Positions 59,982 to 64,000 of a DNA stretch of 64,000 bases are shown here, one piece after another (position 1 is the first letter of the stretch; every line of letters starts with the position of its first letter). The position numbers and the translations under genes were made by a program. The stretch covers positions 141,794,001 to 141,858,000 of the forward strand of contig NC_043000.1 in assembly GCF_006345805.1 (NCBI RefSeq). Reading direction: 5' to 3'. Origin of the DNA: Octopus sinensis. Lineage: Eukaryota. The notes beneath the pieces are model-generated. The model had not been told where the DNA came from, did not search any database, and saw only the letters and a program-made list of their open reading frames with translations.

Positions 59982-60288
59982 GTGGAGGTGCAATGGTCCA
60001 GTGGTTAGGGCAGCGGACTTGCGGTCGAAGGATCGCGTTTTCGATTCCCAGACCGCTCGTTTTGTGTGTTTATTGAGCGAAAACACCTAAAGAACCACGA
60101 GGCTCAAGCAGGAGGTGGTGGCGACTCCTGTTGTTGTACTCTTTCACCCCAACTTTTTCTCACTCTTTGTTCCTGTTTCTTGAGTAACGCTTCGATGGAC
60201 TGGCGTCCCGACCAGCTGGGGGGGGGTACATATACGCCAGGGCCCATGAACCTGGCTAGGCTTGCAAAGGGTGCATAAATAAATAAAA
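59982..60288 (+). mobile_element. SINE family C, TSD acacatatacat
   Basis: tRNA-like head gtggaggtgcaatggtccagtggttagggcagcggac; (taaa)n tail. Confidence 0.88.
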
Positions 60289-60337
60289 ACACATATACAT
60301 AAACAATTATATATGATATATATATATATATATATAT

Positions 60338-60738
60338 ACTCTTTTACTCTTTTACTTGTTTCAGTCATTTGACTGCGGCCATGCTGGAGCACCGCTTTTA
60401 ATCGAGCAATTCGACCCCGGGACTTATTCTTTGTAAGCCCAGTACTTATTCTATCGATCTTTTTTTTTGCCGAACCGCTAAGTAACGGGGATATAAACAC
60501 ACCAGCATCGGTTGTCAAGCAATACTAGTGGGACAAACACAGACACACAAACGCATATATATATATTTACATATATACGACGGGCTTCTTTCAGTTTCCG
60601 TCTACCAAATCCACTCACAAGGCTTTCGTCGGCCCGAGGCTATAGTAGGGGACACTTGCCCTAGGTGCCACGCAGTGGGACTGAACCCGGAACCATGTGG
60701 TTGGTAAACAAGCTACTTACCACACAGCCACTCCTGCG
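60338..60738 (-). mobile_element. SINE family B, full length, inserted in (TA)n
   Basis: Reverse complement of 53473-53887. Confidence 0.92.
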
Positions 60739-61610
60739 ATATATATATATATTCATTTGTGTGTGTGTGTATTACCTTTATTATCTTTATTAGTTTCATT
60801 CATTAGACCGCAGTCCTGCTGGGATAACGCCTTGAAGAATTTTAGTTGAACGAAATTAGCCCAGTAATTAGTTTTTTAAAGTTTGATACTTGTTACCTTT
60901 ATTACTTTTACCGAGCCAGTTAACTACGGGGACGTAAATACACAATCACCGGTTATCAAAAATACAAGCATACAAACACACGAACACCCGCATATACATT
61001 TAACCAATTTCACGTTCCTTATAAGGAACGTGCAGCTAAGTCGCAAACTAGCTTTTCTGGCCGTTGTTCTAAAAATTTTTTATAGAGACTAATGACTCAG
61101 ATCGCTATTAGCTAGTGTACAGATTGCTAGGTGATGTATTGTCATGTTACTAAAACGAGTTTATAGTCACGTCAGTGCTTTTAACTAGTACATATGAGAT
61201 ATTGCGGTCAGAAAAAAATTAATAAAAGGACTAAATCTTTGACGTGACACCAACGCCCGAACGGCTGTCCCATAACCAGAACTTCACATTGCTCTTAACG
61301 TACCTATGTATTGCAATAGAAGTATTCTTACACAAAATCAAGCTTATTATCGAACTTAAAGTAGGCTTTGTCTTAGAATGCAAAATACTGAGGTATTTAC
61401 CTTGAAAAGACCGCTTACATAGATACATGGTGCATAAAAGCAGTCGTATTTTTGTCAGTGACAGACAAGAACCGTCTTCTATGAACTCCGGAAATGCCAA
61501 ATCGCATCATTTCACCATGGTTGAGCTTCTCAATGGTAAACGTCTAGTAGCGATCTGAGAGCGAAATCTCGCAATTTAAGCATGCGAGTACCTTTAAGCA
61601 ACAAGTCCAT

Positions 61611-62599
61611 CGACCGCTCCATTTAATCGAAGAATGCAGGCTTTATATCATTTTAAATAGAGCGCCATCTTCTGTTGCAAAACGTATGGATTTTCAATAG
61701 ACAAATATATTAATATAATTTTTCTTAAATATCTTATCAGAGGTAAGGGATGAAAGAATCCCATTCTGCCTCTAATTAGCTGATATAAGCTAAGAGAAAA
61801 ACAACTACAATTTTGGAGTGGCAGGATTAGATCACAGAGTTGGGTCATGGGATTGTAAATAATTTCTAATTTTTTTTTCTATCTCAGACTGCATTTATTG
61901 AGAATTAAGAGCATTATGCGTTCACAGTTTAGAACTGGCTATTGTTCATATATAAATATTATTAGATGTTCTTTTGCATCTTAATTTCATGTGGTTATAA
62001 GAACCCTTTACCACATAAAGAAACAAACGTAAGTAGGAGTTTATTAGATAGTGGTAAATGTCCATATAAAGAGGTTGGACAGGGGTGACATAAACCCTTT
62101 TTATTATTTTCAGTTAAAGATGGCTACACTATGAAACGTAGAACGCTACAATGAGATCTAAATAAACATTAAGGCCATAGAGGGAAAACGTTTGTAATCA
62201 AGGTATACCAAAATCTGTGTATTATTATATGCTGTATAATAATAAAAGTAAATTTAAAAAAAAAAGAGGTGGGGATATGAGAAACAGGTAAGATAACAGG
62301 GATATATAGACCAACTTAAGTGCTAAAAATTAGTATTGAATCACATTTTCATTGCACCCACTATGATCCATTCCCACCACTCCACAATTCTAGTTGTCTT
62401 TCTCTTATTTTATTTCCGCTAAAGTAGTGCCAGCATGGAATCCTTTATCCCTCTAGCTCTGATGAAATATTTGAGAAAAATTATATTAATATATCCTGTC
62501 TGTTGAAAATACATATTTTACGCAACTGAGGATCGCACTATATTTAAATTGATGTAATGCTTGCATTATTCGATTGAATGGACCGACTGAAGCGGTCGT
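61611..62599. mobile_element. Old foldback/MITE-like element with ~235-bp diverged inverted repeats
   Basis: 61611-61844 (cgaccgctcc...ttgggt) aligns by eye to the reverse complement of 62357-62599 (ccca...agcggtcg). Confidence 0.75.
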
Positions 62600-62853
62600 A
62601 TTACGTTAACACTGTGCATCTTGTTACTTATTTCATTTATATACATACATACATATGTATTCACAAACACACCCACACGCACTCACACACATACACACAC
62701 ACAAATATATATATGTATATGTATGTATTCATATATGTTTTAATATTTAAATACATGTTCGTATATTCTCTCTGCATTTTCAACTTAATTTATATCCTCT
62801 ATACTACTACGTGTTTGGATTACTAACAATTTATAAATATATTATATATATAT

Positions 62854-62888
<35 letters not shown>

Positions 62889-63248
62889 TATATATATATA
62901 TACATACATAATTATATATATGTATATATACATAAATGCATATATACGTACACCACCATAATTTCCTACCTAAATCTGAGTGGAATTAACACGCCATAGA
63001 GCATGTGATTTAATTAATTCTAAATAAAAATATATTTCAATTAACATTTGAATTTATTTATATGTAAATATGTTGTGATATATGTCCAAATTATATTAAA
63101 ACAATTTTCCTGACATCAAAGAACAAAGAAAATCTGTTTCTTTTCAAATATATAATATCAGCCACGTGAGTGTGCTATATAGCAACCGCATCTTATACTC
63201 AGCCACACATGTGCATGCATATGTGGGAGATGAATATGTGTATATGTT

Positions 63249-63316
<68 letters not shown>

Positions 63317-63375
63317 TATATGTGTGTGTGTGTGTGTATCTATCTATTTATCTCTCTCTCTCTGTATATATATAT

Positions 63376-63418
<43 letters not shown>

Positions 63419-64000
63419 TTATAAACATGTATGAGTGTGTGTGTGTGTATGTGTGCGTGCATATACACATAATTCCTCAGATATCTTTTATATTAATAAT
63501 TGTTCAGAATATGAAATACATTTTCTATCAATTTTTATTAAAACCTATCGCAAATCCTTATTAGTTTTATTAATACCACCATATTGCTGTTATTCTTTAG
63601 CTCCTAATCAAATCTGATCAAACATAGAAATGAATTTCAACCATCACGACAATCTAATGGGTTTTTCCCCGTTGTATAGATTTGTACTCACTGTTTTCAT
63701 TCTTTTAATGTGATATGAAGTATATTTATGTACAATTTGTATCTAAATGTATGTGATTATGTAGTTGACTCCTTTTTCCGAAATGCAATACTTACACTTT
63801 AATAAAATAAAGAGACCATTATTCCCGAGCATATGGCATCATAATATGCTTAAACCCGGAATCCATTTTGTAGATATCCACGAATTTACTCTACATTAGA
63901 AATGCAAATATTCAAATTATAAATCCGTAGCCCAATTGTGCTTCTCGTGATTATCGAAAAACTCTTCTAATACAAGTGTATAACTGTATCATTGCAATTA

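Noticed and set aside
62458-62512. CTGATGA...GAAA spacing
   Set aside because: No stems II/III; part of the foldback arm and not conserved in the other arm.

Overview
Eukaryotic, very AT-rich non-coding DNA dense in microsatellites and transposons. The SINE families and (TA)n/(GATA)n/(TAA)n load resemble an Octopus-like cephalopod genome (inference). I find no intact protein-coding gene: the long ORFs are microsatellite artefacts or broken retrotransposon fragments. Contents: three tRNA-derived SINE families (several copies with clear TSDs); at least eight decayed R4/Dong-type non-LTR retrotransposon fragments, mostly at 23.7-35.6 kb; CR1/L2-, Tx1/L1-, R2/NeSL-like and mariner relics; a head-to-tail trimer of non-autonomous Helitrons; a Helentron/DINE-like element; a ~1 kb foldback element; an apparently exact 1620-bp tandem duplication; and an unclassified ~555-bp element sitting in (TAA)n tracts. 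The most interesting signal is five minimal type I hammerhead-ribozyme motifs in Penelope-like terminal repeats next to (TA)n tracts. Two of them form an inverted pair carrying the compensatory U3:A8 core variant.
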